From assembly GCF_009914755.1 (NCBI RefSeq), contig NC_060933.1: a DNA stretch of 64,000 nucleotides; one strand, given 5' to 3'. The position numbers were made by a program, and so were the translations under genes. Position 1 is the stretch's first letter. Every line of letters starts with the position of its first letter. This DNA comes from the human T2T-CHM13v2.0 reference genome, Homo sapiens. This document shows, in pieces, positions 31,816 through 45,777 of this stretch. The notes beneath the pieces were generated by a model, which did no database searches, had not been told where the DNA came from, and worked only from the letters and a program-made list of their open reading frames with translations.

Positions 31816-33888
31816 GTAAGTCGTTTTTTTCTTTTTTTTTTACCCTTTATAAGACATAGTATCAACGTGTTTCTAATTGTGCTTGCTGTTTGAAGAGTAA
31901 ATTGATCCTCGATCTTTAAAGAAATATGGCTTCTGGAAGTTTACTCCTCTCAGTTTCTAAAGATCAACTCGTATTACACTTCTATGTTAAATTATTGATA
32001 TTTTCTACATTATACTGCCTCTATCTTTTTCTCTACTCACAATATTCCTCACCATAATTTTTGGGTGTTCTGACTCAGAAAGTTTGTTTCATATAGTGTC
32101 AAGTCAATATAGCAATGAGGACAATCATTCATAGCATTATATAAAATTAAAACCCTGGACTTAAAAGAAGATGTAAAAGTTATTTAAATCCAGTCACTTA
32201 CAAGAATTCTATCTAAAATATCTATACACTGTAGGTGGGTGCCCACTGTATAGATTTTAACCACTCCTAAGACTGTTCAATCCAGTCTGTTATAAATCTG
32301 TATAACTACCCACAATTATAGTTATATCAATTTAGAATGAACATACAAATGTTACATGGCACTCTTAAATACCAAAAGCTAGTTATTTTCTATAGAAGGA
32401 AGCCAACAGATTAATAGACTTCCTTTTTTTTCCTCCTCAGAGACAGAAATTTGTGGATATAGATTTTCACTTGGGCTTCTGGGATCACCCTGGCCCCTCT
32501 TACATTTAGATCTCTTTGGGAAATATCTCACAGCAGATTTTATTTTTTATTCAAAATTTCTTAGTCTTTTAAATAATACTAAAAGTTCATAGCACCAAAC
32601 TGATCCTATATATTAATCTAATAAATAAAATAACACATTTAAGTTTCATAAAACAAATAAAAACACTATTTTAAAAAATAAACTTTGTCATGCAAAGAAG
32701 GTGACTTTAAAGGGAACTATTGAAAGGATAACTATTTCCACTCTGAAATTAATAAATTACAAATATATCTAAGTACCTTTTATATTAATTGTCTTATTTT
32801 GTTTTCATATCTACATTTTTGTGTACACCATGATTTTCCTAGAATTTAGTACAATTTGCTCTGCATTCAATAAGTATGTAATACAGTATTATGCAACCTA
32901 GGATATGTGAAATGGAATATAATGAGATAATTCTGAATTTAGAATATTTCAAGTAGCAGTAGATTTTAAGCTAGAAAGCTAGATTTAGATTACCTTTAAA
33001 TATAGTATTGCATATATTATCATCACTAGTGCTTCCACCAGAAATTTATCAACTACATTAGCTATGAAAAGGACTTGGCAAAAATACTGAGTGTGATGAT
33101 CAAGGCGGAAGACCCAGGGAAGCAAAAACTGCTTCAATGATCCCAGGCCTTAGGGCACATGTCAAGTAGACCCTAAATCATACCCAAATCCCAATCAGGT
33201 GTTGCCAGTGGGGAGTGGAATCCTTATGTATGTCCAGGCCTTCTTTCATTGGCCAAGCTTTGTCCTTAAGACCAGTCTGTATGAATCTTCAATGAAGCTA
33301 GCTAGGATAAGGGACAAGGCTATAGCCTGGACTAAGTCAGGGACTTAGACATTAATCCTAGATGTATATATCAAACCCAATTTCTTGCTGTGCTTCATAA
33401 TTTTAATATCTTGTGCCTCCTGGCTATATTATATTGGCACTTCAAATTCAGTATGTCTAAATTAATAAATAATTGTCACCACCCCTCTGCTTCCCTTTCA
33501 GTTGCTTGCTTTCATTACAAATGACTGCTAATTTCTGCATTTTGCCCACATAAGAAATCCTCTGTCTCACCTAAAACCTCACATCTGAGAGGTCACCAAA
33601 TACCGTAATTTCTACCCTGTAAATATCTTCAGAATTTATATATTCTTTCTCTCTTTTTTGCTTCATACATCTAGTTATAGTTTTCATCATCTCGTTTCCT
33701 TACTGTATTTTGGCTTCAATTTTTGGCCACTTCTGTTAGCAAAGAGATCATTCTAAAATGCCTATTTTTCTGTACGAAATCCTACAGAGGTCTCTTATTT
33801 CCTAGTTAAAAAACTCACTAGGATAGCAACATTTTTCTGTTCCAGTCCCTGTTGGCTGTTTTTAAAAACAACAATCTCCCACTTTTTT

Positions 33889-33966
33889 TTCTACAAGCCT
33901 ATCTGATATTTCTACAAGCCTATCTGATATTTTCTACTGTTTTTTTCTGAAGCCTATCTGATATTT
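33889..33966. repeat. Three copies of an approximately 21-bp unit containing aagcctatctgatattt
   Basis: Two tandem ctacaagcctatctgatattt copies plus a third after a short T-rich spacer. Confidence 0.9.
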
Positions 33967-34164
33967 CCAAGTCTCTATTCTTTCTCATACCTAGTTGTTT
34001 TTAGATATGCTATTACCTCTGCTGAGAAAGATCTTAATTCAAATCCTTGTTCCCTTATGATTCTATTCTCTGACCTTTAAGCTCCAATTCAAGTGTTACT
34101 TTTGGGTATCTGCTCTGACCATCCTCCATCTCCATCAATCTCCTGTACCCGCTAGGACTGCTGA

Positions 34165-34198
34165 CACACACACACACACGCACACACACACACACACA
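34165..34198. repeat. (CA)n microsatellite
   Basis: Read directly; one cg interruption. Confidence 0.95.
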
Positions 34199-36519
34199 AA
34201 ATCAGGCATTTAGTCACTCTCCCTTTCATTTTTATTCCTTTAGCAAAGGCATTGTTAAATGTGCATTTATAAAAGTGTGTTTTCCTCACAACTTCAAATT
34301 CCTTAAAGGCTGAGATCAAGCCTTATTAATATTTATATCCTCAGGTCCTGGCACATAATGGGTTTTCAATTTCTTTTCCCAGCTTTCTTCCTCTCTAATA
34401 AATCCCGAGAAAGTACCTTTGTAAACACAGATCTGGTCATGTTATTCCATTACTCAAAAACCTCAATCAAGCCTTCATCCTAACAGATACATTCTAAAGT
34501 CTTTAGCATGACTTAGATCCTTCAATATTTGGTCCCAACATCATCTCCTGTTACTCTTAGCACATCTGACACAGTTTCCCAAACACAACCTCTGCTATCT
34601 ACAACATATCTGTATTCATGCCACTCACATGGTCTAATTGATCTTTACGTGGTCAACATCTAGTAAGATGCTTAGCAAAAAGGACCACTAAACATTTGTT
34701 AAAAAAAAATAAATGAAAGATTGAACATATTAACTTGTGTCAGACTATGGTATTATACATGAGAACAATGAATAGCTATAACAATGTATTTCCACTTTCA
34801 AAGTGACAACTCACCACTTCCATGGAATTGAAATTTTGACAACACAGGAAATGCTACCATGGCAACCCAAAATAATGAGGGAAACAAAAATAAATCATGG
34901 ATTGAGAAACGTTTCTCCTGTTTGAGGCACCTGTGAGTTTTCCAGGTGATTCAGGACACTTGGTATAGTTTTAAGAGTTAAATTATCTGTTAGCCTAGAA
35001 AAATATTTCTTATCAGTGTCTTTTCCTGACATATTATAGGTAGAAGTAAATTCATATTTTGTTTATTGAGACAACATAGAAGCAAATTTCAGTGCACTCT
35101 AAATACAAACTATAACGTTACTCTTTAGGGTAACATCATTAGCAATGATATTGGATTAAGATTATTACTTTATTTTGTAATATCACATATTTCCATTTCA
35201 TATGCCTAATACAAACAATTCACTACAGTGGATATTACTGTTACCCTCCAGCATCCACTCTCCTTTCATTCTTGTGAAAACACTCACTTCTCATTCATCA
35301 CACTCAAACTTCATGCCTAATTTTTAAAGCAATGCACATATTACATTTCCCTAATGAAATGGATAGCTCAGGTTTGGGCACTTTCCCTTAGAAAGTATAA
35401 TCACTGCACATTTCAGAATTTTTGCTTATATTACAGTTATTATTTCTGTGTCTTAGTGATACTCTGTAAACCTGTTTTCCAAGTTTAATGAGTACATTTA
35501 TGAGAAATATGATGTCAGAGAAAGCAAAGGAATATCTCTCTAAATATTTTATATGGTATTAAAACTTTTGTTCACATTAATACTTCAGCAATCTGAAAAT
35601 TGGCACCCTGCATTTGCTGTATTAAGACGGTCATCCAAAATTTGAAAAACCAATTTGTCAAATTATAAAAGCAAGCATATGGCAACGTTTACAAATATAT
35701 GGAAACTAAATAACACACCCAAACAGTCAATCGCTGAATCAAAGAAGAATTCAAAGAGGATTTAAAGTATTCTGACTGATCTGTAAAAATGCTCTTATTG
35801 ATTTCTAATTTTGTTTCACTGTGGTCATAAAAGATACTTGTTATGATTTTGGTCTTTAAATTGGTGAAGACTCATTTTGTGTCCTAAAATGTGATCTATC
35901 CTGGAGAAGTTTCATATGCATTTTGGAAGACTGTGTATTCTTCTATTGTTGGGTGAAAAATTCTGCATCTGTGTAAGTCCATTTGATCCATATTGTTGTT
36001 CAAGCTTGCTGTGTCTTTGTTGATTTTCTGTCTGGATATTCCATACATTATTGAAAGTGGGCTATTGAAGTCTCCTACTATTATTATAGTTCCCTATGTC
36101 TTCTGCTTACTTAGGATTGCTTTAAATATATAGATTTAATTGAGAATAACTGACCTTTTGACAATATAGAGTCTTTCTCTTCATGAACATGGGACATTTC
36201 TCCATTTACTTAGTTCTTTGATTTCATTCATCAGAATTTCATAGTTTTGAGAGAAAATATTCAGAAACTGTGTATCTGACAAGGGTAAAATATACAGTCT
36301 GAATAGTAGACCCTTAGAAATTTAAGCAATGTGAAAAGCAAAAAACAAATAGCCTCGTTAAAAATTGGGCAAAAGACATGAACAGACACTTCTCAAAAGA
36401 AGATGTACAAGTAGTCAAAAAACATGTGAAAAATGCTCAACATCACTAATAGAGAAATGCAAATTAAAACCACAATGAGATATCATCTCATACCATTCAG
36501 AATGCCTATTATTAAAAAG

Positions 36520-36520
<1 letters not shown>

Positions 36521-36570
<50 letters not shown>
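36521..36570. repeat. (TA)n microsatellite, about 25 units
   Basis: Read directly. Confidence 0.97.
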
Positions 36571-36571
<1 letters not shown>

Positions 36572-36862
36572 CAGATGCTGGCAAGGCTGTGGAGAAAAGA
36601 AACACTTATACACTGTTGGTGGGAATGTAAATTTGTTCAGCCATGGCAGCAAGCAACTTAGAGATTTCTCAAAGAACTTAAAACAGAACTATTACTTGAC
36701 CCAGCCATCCCATTATTGGGTCTATATCCAAAGGAAAATAAATCATTCTACCAAAAAGGCACATGCACTCCTATGTTCATTGCAGCACTATTCACAATAT
36801 TAAAGACATGGAATCAACCTACGTGCCCATCAGTGGTGGACTGGATAAAGAAAATGTGGTAC

Positions 36863-37177
36863 AGGCTGGATACAGTGGCTCATACCTATAATCTCAGCAT
36901 TTTGGGAGGCTGAGAAGGGAGGATTGATTTATCTTAGGGTTCAAGACCAGCTAGGGCAACATAGTGACATCCTGTCTCTACAATTTTTTTTAAACAAGCC
37001 AGGTGTGTTGGCATGCATCTGTGGTCCTAGCTACTCAGGAGTAGCTTCTCAGGAGGCTGACATGGGAATATTACTTCAGTCTGGGAGGTTGAGGCTGCAT
37101 TTAGCCATGATTGTGCCACTACACTTCTGCCTGGGCAACAGTGCAAGGCCTTGTCTCAAAAACAAAAGAAAAAAAAT
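36863..37177 (+). mobile_element. AluJ inside the L1 3' end
   Basis: TSD aaaatgtggtac. Confidence 0.9.
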
Positions 37178-37622
37178 AAAATGTGGTACGTATACATCAT
37201 GGAATACTATACAGTAATAAAAAGAGTTAAATCGTGTTCTTTACAGCAACATAGATGCAGCTGGAGGCCATAATCCTAAGTGAATTAATGCAGGAACACA
37301 AAACCAAATACTGCATGTTCTCAATTATAAGTGGGAGCTAAAATCAGGTATACATGGACATAAAGTTGGGAAAAACAGACACTAGATACTACTAGATGGG
37401 GGAGAGACGGAGGAGGGTAAGAACTGAAAAACTAACTCTTGGGTACTATGCTCACTACCTGGGTAATGAGATCAATCATACCTCAAACCTCAGCATCATG
37501 CAATATACCATGCAACAAACCTGTACATATACCCACTGAATCTAAAATAAAAGTTGTAATTATCTTAAAAAATGAATTTAAGGATAAAGTAAAAAAAATT
37601 AAGAATTTCTGAGTTTTTGTCA

Positions 37623-38451
37623 TATATTATTTTTTAGAACTCTCCAGAGAAACAGAATTGATTATATAGACACACACACACAGACACGCACACACAGATA
37701 CATAATGTCTGTATGTGTGTGTATATATATATATTTTGATTACGTGTGTATGTATACATATACATATACACATACACATGTATATATATATATATGCGTG
37801 TACATACATATACATACACACATAACCAAGAAATATTATATATATGGAAAGAAATACCAGAAAATAGCTATTAGGAGAATAGGCTCAGTGAATTATGGAA
37901 GCTAAGAAGTCCCATGATAGGTTGTCCACTAGCTGGAGAACCAGAAGAGCTGGTAGGGCAACACAGTTAAGTTTGAAGGCCTCAGAACTAAGAAAGATGA
38001 TGGTGTAACTCTCATTCTGAAGACAAAGGTCAGAAAACCTAGTGAGTAACTGATGCAGGTCCCAGAGTCCAAAGTTCAGAAAAGCTGGAGTCCTGATGTC
38101 CAAGGGTAGTAGAAGATTGTCCTGGCTTTGTCAGAGATAGAGTAAGAAGTAGCCCTTTCTTCACATTTTTGTTTCATCTGGACACCAGATGATTGGATTT
38201 TGTCTGCCCACACTGATGGAAGATCTCCCCCATTCAGTCTACCAACACATGCTAATCTTTTTCAGAAATTTTTTCAGAGATGCACCTGAGGAGGCTCAAT
38301 CACTCTAATGAAAAGCAAAACCACATGAGTTTCCTCTCAGGGGCCATGGAATGGGTTCAGTGCCTATGGAAGAACTGAGGATAAATATTGCTTTACCAGC
38401 CAACTGAGTATCCCTTAATTCAGTCAAGTGGGTACCAAAAATCAACCATCA
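37623..38451 (-). mobile_element. MLT2B-type solo LTR with an internal CA/TA-rich low-complexity tract
   Basis: ctctccagagaaacagaa...gaagtcccatgataggttgtcc...aaaaatcaaccatcac. Confidence 0.82.
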
Positions 38452-39146
38452 CTTAGATCTTGTACATATTTTCTTAGATTCGTACCTAAACATTTCATTT
38501 TGGGGAGTGCAAATGTAAATGGTATCTTGTTTTAAATTTCAGATTTTACTTTTTCATTGCTGATATATAGAAAAGCAACTGACTTTTGTGTAGTGAACTT
38601 ATCCTGAAACCTAATAACTAATAAACTAATAACTGCTTATAGTTCCAGTTTTTTTGTTGATTCTTTCAGATTGTTTACAATCATGTCATTTGTAAACAAA
38701 AGCAGTTTTATTTCTTCCTTCTCAATCCTCATCACTTTTTTTCCTTTCCTTATCTTATTTCATTCCAGTATGGCACTGAAAAGGAGTCATGAGGGGGGAA
38801 CCATTGCTTTCTTCCTAACGTTACTGGGAAAACTTTGAGTTTCTCACTATTAAGTATAATATTAGCTGTAGGGATTTGTAGGTATTCTTTATTGAATTCA
38901 AGAAGTTTATATATATTCCTAGTTTAACTGAGGGTTTTTATGTTGTAATAATTTTGAGTATTGTCAAATGCTTTTTTCCGAAATTCCAAATATGATCATG
39001 TAATCTGCAATTTTCAAGATGATCCATTAAGACCAAATGGACTTAGACAGCTACTAAACTTTTCACTCAACAACAGAAGAATACACATTCTTCTCAAGCA
39101 CACATGAAACTTCTCCAGGATAGATTATATATTAGATCATAAAATA

Positions 39147-39437
39147 ATTTTTCTGAAACAGAGTCTTGCTCTGTTACCCAGGTTGAAGTGCAGTGGCATG
39201 ATCTCAGCCCACTGCAACCGGTCCCTTGTGGGGTCAAGCCATCCTCTTGCCTCAACTCCCTGAGTAGCTGGGAGTACAAGTGTGTACCATCATGCCCAGC
39301 TAATTTTTGTAATTTTTGTAGAGGCAGTGTTTCTGCATGTTGTCCAGGCTGGTATCAAACTCTTGAGCTCAAGTGATCTGCCTACCTCATCCTCCCAAAG
39401 TGCTGGGATTACAGGCATGAATCACCATGCTTGGGTA
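39147..39437 (-). mobile_element. AluJ
   Basis: Antisense Alu with tcaaactcttgagctcaagtgatc. Confidence 0.9.
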
Positions 39438-39627
39438 CAAAATGGATCTTAACTAATTTAAAGAAGATAAAAATCATACCCCATGTCTTTTTTTACTACA
39501 GTGAAACAAAATTAGAAATCAATAGCAGCAACAAAACATCAATTAATGTAATCCATCATTGCATTTATAACACACATACACACACACACACAAACAAATA
39601 TTTTTTTGTGTTAATTTGTTGGAATAC

Positions 39628-41768
39628 TGTATTAGTCCACTCTCACAATGGTATAAAGAACTTCCCTGAGGGTGAGTAATTTATAAAGCAAAGAGTTTTA
39701 ATTGACTCACAGTTCTGCATGGCTGGGGAGGCCTCAGGAAACATAGTTATGGCAGAAGGGGAAGCAGGCACATTTTTCACAAGGTGGCAGGAGAGCAAAG
39801 AGCAGGGGAAACCACCACTTACAAAATCACTGGATCTTGTGAGAACTCACTCACTATCAAGAGAACAGCATGGGGGAATCGCCCCCATAATCCTATCACC
39901 TCCCTCCCTCACCAGGTGGGAATTAAAAATTAAGATGAGATTTGGGAGAGGACACAGAGCCAAATCATATCACTCCCCAAATATCATGTCCTTTCACATT
40001 TCAAAACAAATAATGCCTTCCCAACAGTCCCCCAAAGTCTTAACTCATTTCAGCATTAAGTCAAAAGTCCATAGTCTAAATACTCATTTGGGACAAAGTA
40101 ATCAAAAGTAAGTTAGTTACTTCCTAGATACAATGGGGGTACAGGAATTGGCTAAATGCTCCCTTCCAAATGGGAGAAATTGGCCCAAAAAAGCAGCTAC
40201 AGGCCCCATGAAAGTTCAAAATTCAGTGGGGCGGTCATTAAATCTTAATGCTCCAAAATGATCTCCTTTGACTCCATGTTTCACATTCAGGGCATGCTGA
40301 TGCAAGGGGTGGACTCCCACCACCTTGGCCAGCTCCCTCATGGCCTGGCACTGAATGCAGCTTTTTTAGGTGCACAGTGCAAGCTGTCAGTAGATCTACT
40401 ACTTTGGGGTCTAGAGGATGGTGGCCCTCTTCTCACAGCTCCACTAAACAGTGCCCCAGTGGGGACTCTCTATAGGTTCCAACCCCACATTTCCTTTCCT
40501 CACTGCCCCAGCAAAGGTTCTTTATGAGGGCTCTGCCCCTGCAGCAGATTTCTGCCTGGACATCCAGGCATTTCCATACACCCACTGAAATCTATGTGGA
40601 GGTTCCCTAACCTCAATTCTTTACTTCTGTGCACCCACAGGCCCAACTCCACATGGAAAATGCCAAGGCTTGGGGCTTGCACCCTCTGTAGCAATGGCCT
40701 GAGCTGTACATTGGCCCCTTTTAGCCACAGCTGGGACACAGGGTGCCTAGTCCTGGGGCTTCACAGAGCAGCAGCGGGGCTCTGGGACCAGCCCAAGAAA
40801 CCATATTATTCTCCTAGCCTCTGGGCCTGTGATGGAAAGTGTTGCAGTGAAATTCCCTGACGTGCCCTGGAGACATTTTCCCCATTGTCTTGGTTATTAA
40901 CATTCAGCTCCCGGTTACCTATAAAATTTTTGAGCAGGCTTGAATTTCTCCCCAGAAAATGGGTTTTTCTTTTCTGTTACATTGTCAAATTGCAAATTTT
41001 CCAAACTTTAATGCTCTGCTTCCCTTTTAAACATAAGTTCTAATTTCAGATCATCTCTCTCAAGTTCAGAGTTCCACAAGTCTCTAGAGCAGGGGTAAAT
41101 TGCTGCTAGTCTCTTTGTTAAGCATAACAAAAGTGACATTTGCTCCAGTTCCCAATGTGTTCCTCATCTCCACCTAAGAATATCTCAGCCTGTACTTCAT
41201 TGCCCATATCACTCTCAGCATTTTTATTAACACCATTCAACAAGTCTTCAGGAAATTTGAAACTTTCCCACATGTTCCTATCTTCTTCTGAGCCCTCCAA
41301 ACTGTTCCAGTATCTGCCTGTTACCCAGTTCCAAAGTCGCTTTCACATTTTCAGGTATCTTTATAGCAGTGCTGTACTCTCTGTGGTACCAATTTACTGT
41401 ATCAGATTGTTTTCACACTGCTATAAAGAACTTCCCTGAGACTGAGTAATTTGTAAAGGAAAGAGGTTTAATTGACTCTCAGTTCCATATGGCTGAGGAT
41501 GCCTCAGGGAACTTACAATCATGGTGGAAGGGAAGCAGACACCTTCTTCACAAGGTGGCAGGAGAGCGAAGAGCAGGAGAAACTGCCACTAATAGAACAA
41601 TCAGATCTCGTGAGAACTCACTACCAGGAGAACAGCATGGTGGAACTGCCCCCATGATCCAATCATCTCCCTCCCTAGACATGTGGGGATTACAGGTCCC
41701 TCCTTTTACACATGGGGATTAAAATTTGAGATGAGACGTGGGTGCGGACACAGAGCCAAACCCTATAA
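39628..41768 (-). mobile_element. Full-structure THE1D-like MaLR (LTR 39628-39972, internal region, LTR 41398-41768)
   Basis: Two homologous LTRs in the same orientation around a THE1/MST internal region; TSD aatac/attac. Confidence 0.9.
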
Positions 41769-41876
41769 ATTACATTGATTTTTGAATGTTGACCCAGGCT
41801 TGCATATCTGGGATAAATCTAACTTGGTTATGGAACAGAATTCTTTTAGTATATTGTTGGATTTGATTTGCTAATA

Positions 41877-42423
41877 CAGTAGTCCCCTCATATTCTCAGG
41901 GGAATATGTCCCATGACTCCCAGTGGATGCTTAAAATTGCTGATAGTATCAAACCCTGTGCATACTATGTATTTTCCTATGTACTTACCTGTGATAAATT
42001 TTAATTTATAAATTAAGTACACTAAGATTAATAATGATAATGAATAATAAAACAGAACAATTATAACAATATGCCAGCATCATTACTTTTGTGCTTTGGG
42101 ATCATTATTAAGTAAAATGAGAGTTACTTGAACGCAAGTAATACAATTCTGTGACAGTTGATCTGATGACAGAGATGGCTAGTAAGTGGCCCACAGGCAA
42201 GTAGCATATACAGGGTGGATACACTGAAGAGAGGGATAATTCACATCCTAGGCAGAGTGGAACGGAACAATACAGGAGTTCATCACGCTGCTCAAAACAG
42301 CGTGCAATTTAAGACTGATGAATTGTTTATCTCTGAAGTTTTCCATTTAATATTTTCAGACCACTGTCAACTGTAAGTAATCAAAGATACAGAAAGTGAA
42401 ACTACAGATAAGGGGGACTACTG
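41877..42423. mobile_element. MER44-type (Tigger7-derived) DNA element
   Basis: Terminal inverted repeats cagtagtcccc / ggggactactg, TA flanks, about 550 bp. Confidence 0.88.
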
Positions 42424-43420
42424 TATTTTGTTGGGGATTTTTCATTTGTGTTCATGAGAAATACTCTATTTTTTACACATATGATCCCGAATATATTAAA
42501 AAATCGCTAAAGAGGCTTAAGAGCATAGCTGAGTTTTCCTTTCATAAATCAACAGGACAAGAATATAAGTTATTGAAGAAATCTCCCAATCTTTCTTTCA
42601 AATACAAATGAACATGTGTTCCCATTGAAAGAACAAACTAATATTAAATCTTTGGAAGTTATACTAACTTTTAAAAAATATCATTATTATCTGGGAATTC
42701 AAACTGTTCCTACTAATCTCTTTCTTTTACATTTAGATTTTGTTTCTAGTTTTTGACTCCTGAAGGTCAGTATGATATCTTAAAGGCTGGGTGATTTTAG
42801 GGTAAGGGATTTTGTTTTAAATAATTCCTATAGTGTCACCTTTTAGTCCTCAACCTGGATTCTGGCATCACTCAATTCACATCCAACTTCTTCCTTAGAT
42901 GCTACTATTCCTGTTGCTGTTTCCACAATTCCTAGATCATATTTTGCCCTAATTCCTGGCATCAGTTGCCTTTTGGATATTACCTCCTGACTCTTCCCAG
43001 AGACCAGGGGTGGAAGATTTTTTTTAATGAGTTCTTGCATGGAACAATTCTGGCTCTATATTCTCTTGTCCCATGACGTTTATTCCTAACACGACCTGAT
43101 GCCTGAGCATTTTATGATTTAATAAGAATTTATGGCAGCATAAGAGTGAATGAAATACACTCAAAATGCAGCATGTAGTGTGAACAGATAAGAAAACAGA
43201 AATGGATACTAAAAGGACATCAAGATCTAAAGTTCAGAGAGATAAGGAACCACCAGAAAAAATCTCAGAAAAGTAGGTGGGAAACCAGCTTAATGACATA
43301 TGAATTAAATTAGGAGAGACTTTCAAGATGTAAAACAAATTAAACCATGCAAGGTAATCCAGAAACCTAAAGAGTATGAAGAATAAATTTAACACTCGGA
43401 TTTTGGCAATTAAGAGATTC

Positions 43421-43633
43421 TTTTTTTTTTTAATTATACTTTAAGTTTTAGGGTACATGTGCACAACGTGCAGGTTAGTTACATATGTATACATGTGCCA
43501 TGTTGGTGTGCTGCACCCATTAAGTCGTCATTTAGCATTAGGTATATCTCCTAATGCTATCCCTCCCCCCTCCCCCCACCCCACAACAGTCCCTGGTGTG
43601 TGATGTTCCCCTTCCTGTGTCCATGTGTTCTCT
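43421..43633 (-). mobile_element. Short L1PA2/3-like 3' end
   Basis: Poly(T), then ttatactttaagttttagggtac...caggttagttac...tttagcattagg. Confidence 0.9.
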
Positions 43634-43669
43634 CTTGTTAACCTTTGAGTTAGTGGCTCTGAATAGCAA

Positions 43670-43900
43670 TGGAGCATACATAGTGATAAGTAGTGGACTC
43701 TGAAATCGGACTGCTTGAATTCACCAGCTTTACAACTTACTAGTTACGTGACCTTGGGCAAATCACTTAAATTCTATGATCCTTAGTTACTTTATCTGCA
43801 AAATGGGTATCATAAGAGTAATTTTCTCATATGGTTGTGATTTTAAATGAGTTATTATATCTAAAGAACTCAGAATAGTATCTGGCACATAACTATGTAA
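43670..43900 (+). mobile_element. MIR
   Basis: gtgaccttgggcaaatcacttaa...tttatctgcaaaatgggtat. Confidence 0.8.
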
Positions 43901-43904
43901 ATGG

Positions 43905-44284
43905 TCTTGAATATGCACCACCCAGATTTTCTTTCAAAGAAAGACTTACTATCTGAGTTTCTAGAAGAGTTGTCAATAAATACCTTTCAGTTGTCATATT
44001 CTTTTGGGGTTACCTTAGGCGGAGACTCACCACACCCAAAGTCATGCTCTTTCCAAGAGAGCATACATCCAATAAGTGATTAAGAGACAACAAATAGGTC
44101 CAACTATTTCAGTGCAGCCAGCACAGAAGATCTGTGATGGGATAACTCCAAAGTTTCTATCAGGCTGATCAAGCCTTTTTTTCTTAGGCAAGCATGGTGA
44201 TTCTAAGCCTTTTCCATTTCTAATAAACATCTTACACACTGAAGTTTTCCCAACAGTGTTTCTCAGTGAACTCAAATTGTGACA
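43905..44284 (+). mobile_element. LTR16-like ERVL LTR
   Basis: 3' end taataaacatcttacacac...cagtgaactcaaattgtgaca. Confidence 0.5.
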
Positions 44285-45293
44285 TAAGTGTAGTTTGCTT
44301 TTATATTTTTAGTTGGATATATGGGTGAATCAGATGGCAGTAGTAGCATTAGATTTTTTTCTGAATGCTTTATTTACTGACTGTGTTATTAAAACCATAT
44401 TAGTATTAATCCTAAATGAAGTTTTAAAGTTTATTCTCCTATTTATTATCATAGTAACTTCCAAAGAATTTGCACAGAAACATAACCTATTTTTTCATGA
44501 TAAACTAAACTCTTAAAAGCTAGTTTCTATAAAGAGAAATAGCCATTAAAAATCACTGTTGACTTTTAGGTAGCAGAAAGTAAATTACAAATAGTATAAG
44601 TAGTCATCTTCTCTATGAAATACCCAACATACTATATGTGGGTATTTGTGTGCTAAAAATGATTATTTTGCCAAATTAAAATAACAGATCAAAATGTTAG
44701 GCACAAATTGATATTATGCTCATTAAAATGAACATAACATTAAAAAAAACCCTGGAATTCACAAAACCCATAGAAACAAGAAACATACCAAACAATTTAA
44801 GGTTTCTATAATGATAGGTATGGGGGTTTTGATCCAAGAGATCTACAACATAATGAACAAATTATAACAAATCTATAGAGACTGAGCTTTTATTTTTAGC
44901 TCCTGAATAACGAGATCTGACATAAAAATATCTCTCTGTTCCTCCAACCCACTTTCAAGGACCTCATTTTTTTCATCTTTTGACTTCTAACTGCATTTTT
45001 TAAATGTCTGAGTTCAAATGGTTGTGAGAACTTCATATGACTAAGTTATGTGTGAAGGAAAATAAAGCACCAGAATGTGAGTGGGGGATTATTTAGTGGT
45101 TAGCTTTCCATCAGTTCTCCTTCTGAGAAGGACTCATGAAATTGTCAATGGCTTTAGAGGACAGCATAATTTAAGTGAAGCATAAGGAAGATTTTCCTCA
45201 TTGGCAATGGTTGTTAAAAACTGAAATGAGTTTTCAAAAAAGAGATTGTAGAACAGATAAGAAAGGGATATCTTTAAATATAGTCTAGATTAA

Positions 45294-45777
<484 letters not shown>

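Larger units (their letters stand above)
33350..34720 (+). mobile_element. L2 remnants
   Basis: ggcacttcaaattcagtatgtctaaa; cctggcacataatgggttttcaat; ctggtcatgttattccattactcaaaaacctcaat. Confidence 0.6.
36249..37600 (+). mobile_element. L1PA15-17/L1PB-like 3' end
   Basis: [13 protein letters not shown]; 3'UTR acctcagcatcatgcaatatacc...aatctaaaataaaag; degenerate TSD agaatttc..agtttt. Confidence 0.85.
35640..42450 (-). mobile_element. Old L1M (MC/MD-like) ORF2 fragments in mixed orientation, hosting several insertions
   Basis: Antisense ORF2 at 35796-36250, 38452-39010 and 41770-41875; sense pieces at 35680-35770 and 39030-39560. Confidence 0.7.

Noticed and set aside
32220-32252. Small hairpin gtggg-tg-cccac with tataca/tgtata arms
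   Set aside because: Too short to exceed chance; no ncRNA features.
37670-37850. Y/I/C/V-rich ORFs
   Set aside because: Translations of TA/CA microsatellites; the same applies at 36521 and 45581.
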